IMG/VR virus record: IMGVR_UViG_3300044580_000104 | Location: 1 to 43,741 of that record | Direction: 5' to 3' (one strand) | Length of the DNA: 43,741 nt | Source of the DNA: a virus | Lineage: Duplodnaviria; Caudoviricetes | Shown here: piece after piece, positions 8,509-15,249 of the stretch | Position numbering within the stretch: the first letter of the stretch is position 1 | How the letters are laid out: every line of letters starts with the position of its first letter | The notes under the pieces: model-generated | Databases searched by the model: none | Seen by the model: the letters and a program-made list of their open reading frames with translations, nothing else | What the model was told of the DNA's origin: nothing | Translations under genes and position numbers: made by a program

Positions 8509-8715
8509 ATGCTAAATATTTTCAAAACCATCAGGACTACAAACCAACCCGTAAAGGGTGTATGGCTGGCAGCCACACCCGGAACCGTTACCCTCGTCCA
8601 TTCGGGGATCAAATGCAAGCTCACTCCGAAACTCGCCCGCGAAGTGTCAAAAGATCTTTTACGGTTCGCAGATCTGGCCGAAGGTATGCCAACGGAAAGC
8701 GAGGCAACAGGATGA
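8509..8715 (+). CDS. Hypothetical protein (68 aa, start MLNIFK)
   Basis: AAGGAG RBS; 3' part of track ORF 8281..8715. Confidence 0.6.
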   Translation: MLNIFKTIRTTNQPVKGVWLAATPGTVTLVHSGIKCKLTPKLAREVSKDLLRFADLAEGMPTESEATG

Positions 8716-9116
8716 ACACTGTCCGCAAAGTTGACCCAAAGGCATATTACCTGGCGCTGATCGAGAGTATGCCGTATGGACTCGAAAAAGCGATTTCAAG
8801 GATTCTCCTCAACCACATTGGTGAGGAGAATGGCATTTTCAAGTTCGACCTGATCAGTTCCCTGAAATCCGTCGGTTTCAACATCGATGAGCGCCACCTT
8901 CGCATGGCCATCTACAACTTGCGACATGATGGCTGGCTGATCGGCTCCCTGTCGACGGCTGGCTACTTCCTGATCAAGAACCGGCAGGAATTCGAGAAGG
9001 TCGCCAAAAACGAGTTCCAGGAAAAAATTGACAACATGAAAGACACCCTGGACGTGATGACTACCAACGCCAACAAGCAGCTCGGACAATCCTACCAACC
9101 AGGAATGCAGATATGA
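8712..9116 (+). CDS. Winged-helix DNA-binding protein (start MNTVRK)
   Basis: ERHLRMAIYNLRHDGWLIGS...GYFL wHTH signature; ATGA coupling at both ends. Confidence 0.65.
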   Translation: MNTVRKVDPKAYYLALIESMPYGLEKAISRILLNHIGEENGIFKFDLISSLKSVGFNIDERHLRMAIYNLRHDGWLIGSLSTAGYFLIKNRQEFEKVAKNEFQEKIDNMKDTLDVMTTNANKQLGQSYQPGMQI

Positions 9117-10168
9117 GCGAAGATAAAATCGCCATCGAAAACGGCAGTAAAGACCACACCTATTTCACGATCTCGCCCAGAATTGTCTGGGCCTTGTGCC
9201 GCAATCCCTTTGATTTTGCCTTATGGCAGACCGTGAAGGACATCGCGGGTGACAGTAAAGAGTGCTTTATCAGCAGCCCTGACCTGGCTATTCTGGCCAT
9301 GATGAGCGTTGGCCAGATCGATAATTCCCGTAAGTACCTGATCACCGTGGGACTTCTTGAAGGCGAGGTAAGGCGCGATCCCGGCTATCCGCTGCCCGTA
9401 TGGCACCTGAGAGTGCCTGATCTCTGGGAAAAAAGCACGGTTTGGAGTGTTGATCACCAGACCATCCGCTCCAGGATCGACTTCAAACGCCAACAACAGG
9501 CCAGAATTCGGGCTGAACGTGAAGCCAAAAAAGCTGGTGCGGGTGATCTTTCACCCAGTGAAAGAGTATGTTTTTCACCCTGTGAAAGACCCCCTCTACC
9601 TGGTGAAAAACCCCCTCTACCCAGTGAAACAAAGAAGATAGAGAAAGAAGAACAAAAAGAATCTTTGTCCGCTACCGCGGACTCCACACATTCTCGAACA
9701 GCCGTTACCAAGAAAGGTGACCTACTCGATGGGATGCTACACTTCGCGGCTGTCGCCTCTGATCCTGGCGTTGCCCTTGAAGCACGCATCCTGGAATACC
9801 CAACGGACGTACAGGAAACGCTGCGTACCTTGACCGAGTTGTACTTCTGGCCCGTTGGCGCGATTCCCGGAAAGCCCCGCAGCGGTAAAGGTGGTCAATA
9901 CGCGGCTTGGATCAACGAGCTGCGCAATATCAACCAGATCATCGGCGGGTACGGCAAAGAAGCCCTTGAAGCCACAACAGCGCCATGCGCTGGCCTTTCC
10001 ATCAGTCGCCCGGCAGGAATCACCTGGTGTCTGGCTGGTGAAATCGGAAAGATCGCAAAGCGCGAACAAAGAAAGCCCGCAGTGGTTGATACCCCGCTTA
10101 CCCGTACACTTGAAAACTTTGTCCCCAGGAAACCAACGCCCAGACCTGCATTTCTTGAACGCCAATAA
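9113..10168 (+). CDS. Phage replication initiator (lambda O-like)
   Basis: N-terminal wHTH-like region, internal iteron repeats, directly upstream of DnaB. Confidence 0.75.
   Translation: MSEDKIAIENGSKDHTYFTISPRIVWALCRNPFDFALWQTVKDIAGDSKECFISSPDLAILAMMSVGQIDNSRKYLITVGLLEGEVRRDPGYPLPVWHLRVPDLWEKSTVWSVDHQTIRSRIDFKRQQQARIRAEREAKKAGAGDLSPSERVCFSPCERPPLPGEKPPLPSETKKIEKEEQKESLSATADSTHSRTAVTKKGDLLDGMLHFAAVASDPGVALEARILEYPTDVQETLRTLTELYFWPVGAIPGKPRSGKGGQYAAWINELRNINQIIGGYGKEALEATTAPCAGLSISRPAGITWCLAGEIGKIAKREQRKPAVVDTPLTRTLENFVPRKPTPRPAFLERQ
9549..9663. repeat. Putative replication origin: four 15-bp iterons plus purine/A-rich tract
   Basis: TTTCACCCAGTGAAA 9549, TTTCACCCTGTGAAA 9573, CTCTACCTGGTGAAA 9594, CTCTACCCAGTGAAA 9615; A-rich 9630-9663. 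Confidence 0.75.
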
Positions 10169-10182
10169 TCCAGGAGCGAATT

Positions 10183-11511
10183 ATGTCCGATGACAATATG
10201 CCGGAATTGAATACCATGCCACACAACCGGGAAGCCGAGGAGGCTGTTCTCGGCTCCGTTCTGATCAGCCCGGAGGCTTACTTCGAGGTGGCTGAACACA
10301 TCAAAGCAGATGACTTTTATGTCGTCCGGAATCAGTGGATATGGGAAGCCGTCAGCCAGATGCACGAGAAGCGAATTCCGATCGACTTTGTAACGATCTC
10401 CGAGCAACTGGAATCCGCGGGTCAGCTTACTGAGATCGGCGGCCCGGCGTATCTGACCAAACTGATTAGCGACACCCCGACATCTCTCCATGCTGAGGCA
10501 TACGCCAAGCTAATCAAGGCTACCGCTACCCGTAGGAGATTATTGAACGCTGCAAATCAAATCGCCAGACTGGCCTATAACACCGAAACGAGCGTCGAGG
10601 ATGCAGTCACTGGATGTATTGCGTCTGTTGTCGAAATTGCCGGAGATGCCACCAGTGGTCAGATCAAGACAGCCAAGCAGGTGTTTTCCGAGGTATACGA
10701 CCAGGTCGATCAATTATCCCAGCAGCCACAGGATCAGTTTCCGGGTGTGCCCACCGGCATTTACGACCTTGACCGCCTCATGGGTGGTGGAATGCAAAAA
10801 TCCCGCTTGTATGTACTGGGTGGCCGTCCCGGACAAGGAAAGACCAGCCTTCTCCTTACCATCTTGCATTATGCGGCCTACGAGAAGCGCAAGAAGGTGG
10901 CCGTGTTCAGTCTTGAAATGGACAACAACGAGCTGGGTCAGCGTATGGCCTCGATGGATTCAAGTATTGAAGGTCAGGCGATCCAAACTGGAAAACTCCA
11001 AGATGGCGACTGGGAAAAGTTCACTCACTCGATTGAGGGATTGTCAGAAGCCCCGATCCTGTTTGACGACACGGCTTACCTGTCACCAGCGCAGCTCCGG
11101 GCCAAGAGCAAACGTATTCAGGCGCAGTACGGCCTTGACCTGGTTATCCTGGATTATCTGGGTTTGCTCACCCCTGACCGCCAGTACAAAAGCCGAGTGG
11201 ATGAGGTGTCGGAAGTCAGCCGCTGTCTGAAACAGCTTTCCCGCGAACTGAAGGTGCCGATTTTAGCCGCTCACCAGCTCAACAGAGCGGTCGAGCAGCG
11301 TGCCGAGAAAAAGCCGCAGCTTTCTGATCTGCGCGATTCTGGATCAGTAGAGCAGGATGCAGACGTTGTCTGGCTGATCAGCCAGGACGAACGGAATACC
11401 CACATCGTTCACCTTGAGGTAGCAAAACACCGAAATGGGCCAACCGGGAACGTTGATATGCTTTTCCAAAAGTCTACTACGCAGTTCGTTTCACTTGCCC
11501 GCGGAGTCTGA
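10183..11511 (+). CDS. dnaB: Replicative DNA helicase
   Basis: PHNREAEEAVLG, GGRPGQGKT, FSLEM, ILDYLGL, QLNRAVEQR..K.P.LSDLRDSGSVEQDAD, KHRNGPTG. Confidence 0.97.
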   Translation: MSDDNMPELNTMPHNREAEEAVLGSVLISPEAYFEVAEHIKADDFYVVRNQWIWEAVSQMHEKRIPIDFVTISEQLESAGQLTEIGGPAYLTKLISDTPTSLHAEAYAKLIKATATRRRLLNAANQIARLAYNTETSVEDAVTGCIASVVEIAGDATSGQIKTAKQVFSEVYDQVDQLSQQPQDQFPGVPTGIYDLDRLMGGGMQKSRLYVLGGRPGQGKTSLLLTILHYAAYEKRKKVAVFSLEMDNNELGQRMASMDSSIEGQAIQTGKLQDGDWEKFTHSIEGLSEAPILFDDTAYLSPAQLRAKSKRIQAQYGLDLVILDYLGLLTPDRQYKSRVDEVSEVSRCLKQLSRELKVPILAAHQLNRAVEQRAEKKPQLSDLRDSGSVEQDADVVWLISQDERNTHIVHLEVAKHRNGPTGNVDMLFQKSTTQFVSLARGV

Positions 11512-11513
11512 TA

Positions 11514-12320
11514 ATGTCCAATATCATCACCGATCACCCATTACTTCCTGAAAGTGAGACCCGTGAACTGCTGCGAGCCTACCAGGAAAACCACGACATG
11601 ACTGCTGCGGAACGGTTGATCGCTCACAATGAGCGGTTTATTTATCGCATGGCAAACTTTTACTACACCACGGGAGCGTGCGGCGACCAGGAGATCGAAG
11701 ATCTAATGCAGTGGGGCCGCATGGGGATGCTCAAAGCCATGAAGGACTTCAATCTGTCTGCTGGCACCAAGTTCATCACCTATGCTTATGAGTGGGTACG
11801 CCTGTACATCGGTCGGTACGGGAAAAGAGACGGGCAAGCAGTCTCCATGTCCTACCAGGCGAACAGGCGCAAAGCGGCTGTTGGTAAAGCACAGGCAACA
11901 TTCATCCAGCATCATCACCGTAACCCGACCAGTGAGGAGCTGGCCGAGCTTACGGGATTTTCACCAAAAAAAGTATCAAGCCTGTGCGTGCGCGTTGAAT
12001 CTCTTGATAAAACCCTCTTTGAGAACGATTCCACTGATGATACAACCCTCGGCGAGCGGCTTCCTGATCCGGACGCTGATACAGCCGGCGAAGCTGAAAA
12101 CTCAGCCATGATCACTCAGGTTATGGAAAAGCTGGAACGGCTGCCACACCGCGACCAGCAAGTGATCATTCTCCTGTTTGGGTTGGGCGGTATTGAACCG
12201 CAAAGTCTGCGTCAGGTTGCTAACAAGTTCAAGGTGTCCCCGGAGCGAGTTCGCCAGATCAAATTCTCGGCCCTCCTGTGGCTGCGGGAAACATCCCTTT
12301 TTGATAAGCGCGGTTACTGA
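11514..12320 (+). CDS. Sigma-70 family sigma factor (group 3-like; candidate late sigma)
   Basis: LIAHNERF, EDLMQWGRMGMLKAMKDF..GTKFITYAYEWVR, PTSEELAE, SLD, SLRQVA..FKVSPERVRQI. Confidence 0.9.
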   Translation: MSNIITDHPLLPESETRELLRAYQENHDMTAAERLIAHNERFIYRMANFYYTTGACGDQEIEDLMQWGRMGMLKAMKDFNLSAGTKFITYAYEWVRLYIGRYGKRDGQAVSMSYQANRRKAAVGKAQATFIQHHHRNPTSEELAELTGFSPKKVSSLCVRVESLDKTLFENDSTDDTTLGERLPDPDADTAGEAENSAMITQVMEKLERLPHRDQQVIILLFGLGGIEPQSLRQVANKFKVSPERVRQIKFSALLWLRETSLFDKRGY

Positions 12321-12326
12321 CCAATC

Positions 12327-12358
12327 GGTGTCCAAAACATACCGGCGTTTGTTTAATA
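12327..12358 (+). promoter_or_regulatory. Phage-specific promoter copy 4, heading the ncRNA array
   Basis: GGTGTC 12327-12332, N11, GGCGTTTGTT 12344-12353, TAATA; not followed by an RBS/ORF. Confidence 0.8.
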
Positions 12359-12362
12359 AGCA

Positions 12363-12381
12363 GAACCTTGACAACGGAATA
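12363..12381 (+). promoter_or_regulatory. rRNA-type boxA-like antitermination element
   Basis: GAACCTTGACAACGGAATA resembles rrn leader/spacer boxA context; located at the start of an untranslated transcript. Confidence 0.45.
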
Positions 12382-12393
12382 TTCACCAAAACC

Positions 12394-12463
12394 TGGGCGC
12401 TGACAGCCTGACTTGCCCCCCTCAAGCCAGACGGGCCGTACCGTTCGAGCCGGTAGCGTCCAC
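12394..12463 (+). ncRNA. tRNA-like element T1 (no D-stem; long arm with CCCCCCT loop)
   Basis: Acceptor TGGGCGC/GCGTCCA, T-arm TACCG-TTCGAGC-CGGTA, central CTGACTTG-CCCCCCT-CAAGCCAG. Confidence 0.7.
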
Positions 12464-12509
12464 CTCGCAAGACGTACGATTGCGAGCGCTGATAAGCTAG
12501 AATCGGCGC

Positions 12510-12572
12510 GGGCACGGCAGGTGGCAGAGCGGATGATCGTTCGCTCTCAGAGTTCGACACTCTGCGTGTCCA
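12510..12572 (+). ncRNA. tRNA-like element T2 (no D-stem; Ala-type acceptor)
   Basis: Acceptor GGGCACG/CGTGTCC + A, T-arm CAGAG-TTCGACA-CTCTG, central GAGCGGA-TGATCG-TTCGCTC. Confidence 0.7.
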
Positions 12573-12573
12573 A

Positions 12574-12614
12574 TTCCCGGACGTGGGTTGCCCCCCTCAA
12601 CCTGCATCCGGGGA
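12574..12614 (+). ncRNA. Long hairpin with CCCCCCT loop
   Basis: TCCCGGACGTGGGTTG-CCCCCCT-CAACCTGCATCCGGGG. Confidence 0.7.
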
Positions 12615-12638
12615 AATCTTGAACCGAAAGGATACCTC

Positions 12639-12746
12639 ATGGTCAATATGACGGTAGCCAGAAAGACCCTGCTGCGGTCTTTGAAAAACCGTGAATTCAG
12701 GAATAGCATCCGGATCATCCGGATGATGGCAAAAAAACAAAGCTAG
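12639..12746 (+). CDS. Small basic peptide (35 aa) inside the ncRNA array
   Basis: AAAGGA RBS; MVNMTVARKTLLRSLKNREFRNSIRIIRMMAKKQS*; below track cut-off. Confidence 0.45.
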   Translation: MVNMTVARKTLLRSLKNREFRNSIRIIRMMAKKQS

Positions 12747-12754
12747 TTCCACCC

Positions 12755-12823
12755 TGGGCTGCGATACCTGAAATGTCCCGATCATTTCAGAGGATCACCA
12801 CCGTCCGAACCGGTGAAGCCCAC
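12755..12823 (+). ncRNA. tRNA-like element T3 (paralogue of T1)
   Basis: Acceptor TGGGCT/AGCCCA, T-arm CACCG-TCCGAAC-CGGTG, central CTGAAATG-TCCCGAT-CATTTCAG. Confidence 0.65.
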
Positions 12824-12826
12824 CTA

Positions 12827-12864
12827 TTCGGTGCACGACATGCCCCCCTCATGCCGTGACCGGA
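12827..12864 (+). ncRNA. Hairpin with CCCCCCT loop
   Basis: TTCGGT-G-CACG-A-CATG-CCCCCCT-CATG-C-CGTG-ACCGGA. Confidence 0.7.
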
Positions 12865-12870
12865 GAACCA

Positions 12871-12911
12871 TCCCGGCCAGAAGGTTGCCCCCCTCAACCG
12901 GCTGGCCGGGA
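12871..12911 (+). ncRNA. Hairpin with CCCCCCT loop
   Basis: TCCCGGCCAG-AA-GGTTG-CCCCCCT-CAACC-GG-CTGGCCGGGA. Confidence 0.7.
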
Positions 12912-13163
12912 ACTTTGAAAGCAAGCCCTGGTGTGGCGGCCCATTGGCGGACCAAACCCACCAGTTTGTAATTCCTGCCGTGTTCGTGACTGTCTCCTCG
13001 TACTCAACTAACAGCGTCCGGTTTGTGTCGGAAGCGAGACGGGGAACAGATAGACGGCGCGGCGGGCACGTGGCAAAACCCGCTGTCCTCATGGGAGAGC
13101 CAGCAGCGGATAATGCAAGCCCCTGACCACGACACGCCCCACACGTGTTATGGCAGGGAACTT

Positions 13164-13235
13164 TGCGGGATGGAGGAGTGGAACCTCGTCAGGCCCATAA
13201 CCTGAAAATCGGCAGTCCGAATCTGCCTCCCGCAA
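13164..13235 (+). tRNA. tRNA-Met(CAT), initiator-like with non-canonical positions
   Basis: TGCGGGA/TCCCGCA acceptor, GAGG-AGTGGAA-CCTC D-arm, TCAGG-CCCATAA-CCTGA anticodon arm, GGCAG-TCCGAAT-CTGCC T-arm; no encoded CCA. Confidence 0.85.
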
Positions 13236-13408
13236 CAAGCCATATTCATGCTAACGTCGGCAAGGCAGGAAGTGGAACCATCGATACTTCTACGAGGCGC
13301 GGCAGCCGGGAGAGACCGGTGAACCATTTGCAGTAAATCACGCCCAGCAACATCTTACTGGTATCGGGCTTGATCATCCGGGGCGCTGCCCTCCATGCCC
13401 CGGATCAT

Positions 13409-13509
13409 GCGGGAGCAAGGTTGGCTTTGTTGATGCGTAACCTGGTGTATATCGCATCTGCGCACCAGGCAGAAAGACAAGGTTGCCGGTTCGATTCCGG
13501 CCTCCTGCC
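13409..13509 (+). ncRNA. tRNA-like element T4 (no D-stem; very long central arm)
   Basis: Acceptor GCGGGAG/CTCCTGC, T-arm GCCGG-TTCGATT-CCGGC, central CCTGGTGT...GCACCAGG hairpin. Confidence 0.7.
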
Positions 13510-13598
13510 CTCGGCGGAGTGGTGAGCCGCCAGTATTCTCCTTTTTGGCAGCCTCCTGAGTACAGCCGGGAGGCTGCCGAGTTCCCCAACGAGGTGTG

Positions 13599-14336
13599 AT
13601 GAAAAAAATACTCAATATAAATTCCCTTCTCTGGATCGTTTACATGGCACTGCTTGCAGTGCTTTTTCCGCATACCGCCTGGGCGTTCGGCCAGTTCGAG
13701 CCGGACAGCGGGCAGGTGTGGGTTCCCTGGGCTGCGGCACTGGCCTTCGAGGCGGCAATCGCGGCGCTTACCGGGAAACTGTCTAAGCACATCGAACAGA
13801 CCCCGAAGCGGGTTTCACCACGCCGGAAATTCAGTTATCGCTACCTGAATGCTTATTCGCTCGGTTTGGTGGCTGCGCTCGGTCTTTCTTCGCTGGCCAA
13901 CCTGGCGCACGCGGTGCAGTTCGGCAAACCGATGGCCATCTTCACCGAATGGGGCATCCCGATCCAAGTATATGCAATCGCCTTCGGTGCGATCCTTCCC
14001 CTGATCAGCTTGACCTTCGCTCGCGTTCTGTCCAACGTCGTAGAGACCGAAGCCGAGGACGATCCGGAACTGGCGGAAGCGAAGGCCACCATCGCCGACC
14101 TTCGCAAGCAGTTGAGGGAAGCGAACGCGGCTGCGGAGCAGGCAAATGAAAAATCAAGAACAGCAGCCAGTCGATTAGGTACGACGGGCATTTTGTTTGC
14201 TGACGACAAGAAAGATCGAATCATCGGCATACATCAGATTTGGCCCGCCTTGACCGGTTCAGCAATCGCGGTGATCGCCGAAGCCAGCCCGGCGTATGTT
14301 TCGGAAGTCCTGAATTCCACGGAGGTGCATGGATGA
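13599..14336 (+). CDS. Multi-pass membrane protein with coiled coil and C-terminal HTH-like tail (DUF2637-like)
   Basis: About four hydrophobic segments, SSLANLAHA motif, coiled coil LAEAKATIADLRKQLREA; GAGGTG RBS. Confidence 0.6.
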   Translation: MKKILNINSLLWIVYMALLAVLFPHTAWAFGQFEPDSGQVWVPWAAALAFEAAIAALTGKLSKHIEQTPKRVSPRRKFSYRYLNAYSLGLVAALGLSSLANLAHAVQFGKPMAIFTEWGIPIQVYAIAFGAILPLISLTFARVLSNVVETEAEDDPELAEAKATIADLRKQLREANAAAEQANEKSRTAASRLGTTGILFADDKKDRIIGIHQIWPALTGSAIAVIAEASPAYVSEVLNSTEVHG

Positions 14337-14710
14337 GCAAGTTTACCAAGAAAGAAGTCCTAGCCATGAGCATTGAGCAGCTGCGGTTAGAAATCGCAAA
14401 GGCAAAGGGGTGGACTGATATAAATACAGACCATTGGTTCGCAGACCGGCCTACTGAAATTGCAAATTGCTATGTTTGTGAGGATGTCCCAAACTGGCCA
14501 ACCGACATCGCAGCAGCATGGGAGCTGGTAAAGGATGGGAAATACCCGTGCGGGATAATCTCAATCGCCAGGCCATTGGATAGCGAAAAAAAGTTTGAAG
14601 GCGGGTGGCGTATCTGGTACAGGACAGAATCTGGATTTTTGTCCGAGTTCATCGATACAGATACCGCAGCGCGCGGTATCTGCTGCGCCTGGCTGATCTG
14701 CAATCCATAG
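14333..14710 (+). CDS. Phage ABA-sandwich domain protein (start MSKFTK)
   Basis: LRLEIAKAKGW...VPNWPTDIAAAWELV...TAARGICCAWL. Confidence 0.7.
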   Translation: MSKFTKKEVLAMSIEQLRLEIAKAKGWTDINTDHWFADRPTEIANCYVCEDVPNWPTDIAAAWELVKDGKYPCGIISIARPLDSEKKFEGGWRIWYRTESGFLSEFIDTDTAARGICCAWLICNP

Positions 14711-14852
14711 GCGTAGGGATGAAAAGCCGTCTCTGCCTATTTGTTCACTGGCTGGCCGGTCTGGTGGACCGACTGCTGAATTGGCTGCGCGAGCTTGAAT
14801 TGGCGCTGTCGCACGGATGTAGTTATCGATAACGAGGAGTGGAGGTGGAGTG

Positions 14853-15029
14853 ATGTCAGTAAACGATTTTTACGTTTACCAAAACAACGAAACCGGACTA
14901 TGGGCTGTTGGCCACCATGCGTGGCTTGGCGGAAACTGGGGAAATGATCGTTATACCGATGTTGTTATCGGGCTTCAAACGAAAGAAGAAGCCGAAAAAG
15001 AAAAAGAGATACTGGAGAAGAGATTATGA
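14853..15029 (+). CDS. Small hypothetical protein (58 aa, MSVNDFYV...ILEKRL)
   Basis: GGAGGTGGAG RBS; stop overlaps next ATG; not in track. Confidence 0.65.
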   Translation: MSVNDFYVYQNNETGLWAVGHHAWLGGNWGNDRYTDVVIGLQTKEEAEKEKEILEKRL

Positions 15030-15247
15030 AACTATCAACTTTTATCGCCGCCATAACCTGGTCGTCCCTGATCGTCTTGATTTGGCTGATGCTGCTTGGC
15101 CGCATCGATGTAAACGTCGGAACCGTGACCGCCGGTATCTTTTTCTTTATGGTCGCTGGGGCAAGCTCGATCCAGAGCAACGTACCGGAAAAGCCGAAAG
15201 ACCCGAAGGCTCCGATCCCGCCCGGCACCACACCGAACAAAAGATAA
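15026..15247 (+). CDS. Small two-TM membrane protein
   Basis: Two hydrophobic helices, Pro/Lys-rich tail. Confidence 0.6.
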   Translation: MKLSTFIAAITWSSLIVLIWLMLLGRIDVNVGTVTAGIFFFMVAGASSIQSNVPEKPKDPKAPIPPGTTPNKR

Positions 15248-15249
15248 AA

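Noticed and set aside
12368-12396. TTGACA as a sigma-70 -35 box for the ncRNA array
   Set aside because: No acceptable -10 hexamer 16-18 nt downstream; the phage-specific motif just upstream explains transcription.
12408-12911. Repeated TGCCCCCCTCA as a CRISPR or mini-CRISPR array
   Set aside because: The shared core is only 11-13 nt, spacing is irregular (175, 252, 45 nt), and no cas genes are present; the repeat is a hairpin loop, not a repeat-spacer unit.
12510-13509. A complete or two-piece tmRNA gene
   Set aside because: Each acceptor/T unit closes locally within 63-101 nt, no tag frame ending in an AA-like degron was seen, and the small ORF has its own RBS and ATG.
12413-13615. Track ORFs of 60-101 aa across the ncRNA region
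   Set aside because: No RBS, low-complexity translations, mutual overlap, and they run through evident tRNA and hairpin structures.
14908-15249. N-terminal extension of track ORF 14908..15468
   Set aside because: The region is occupied by two coupled ORFs in other frames (14853-15029 and 15026-15247); the zinc-ribbon gene most likely starts at 15250.
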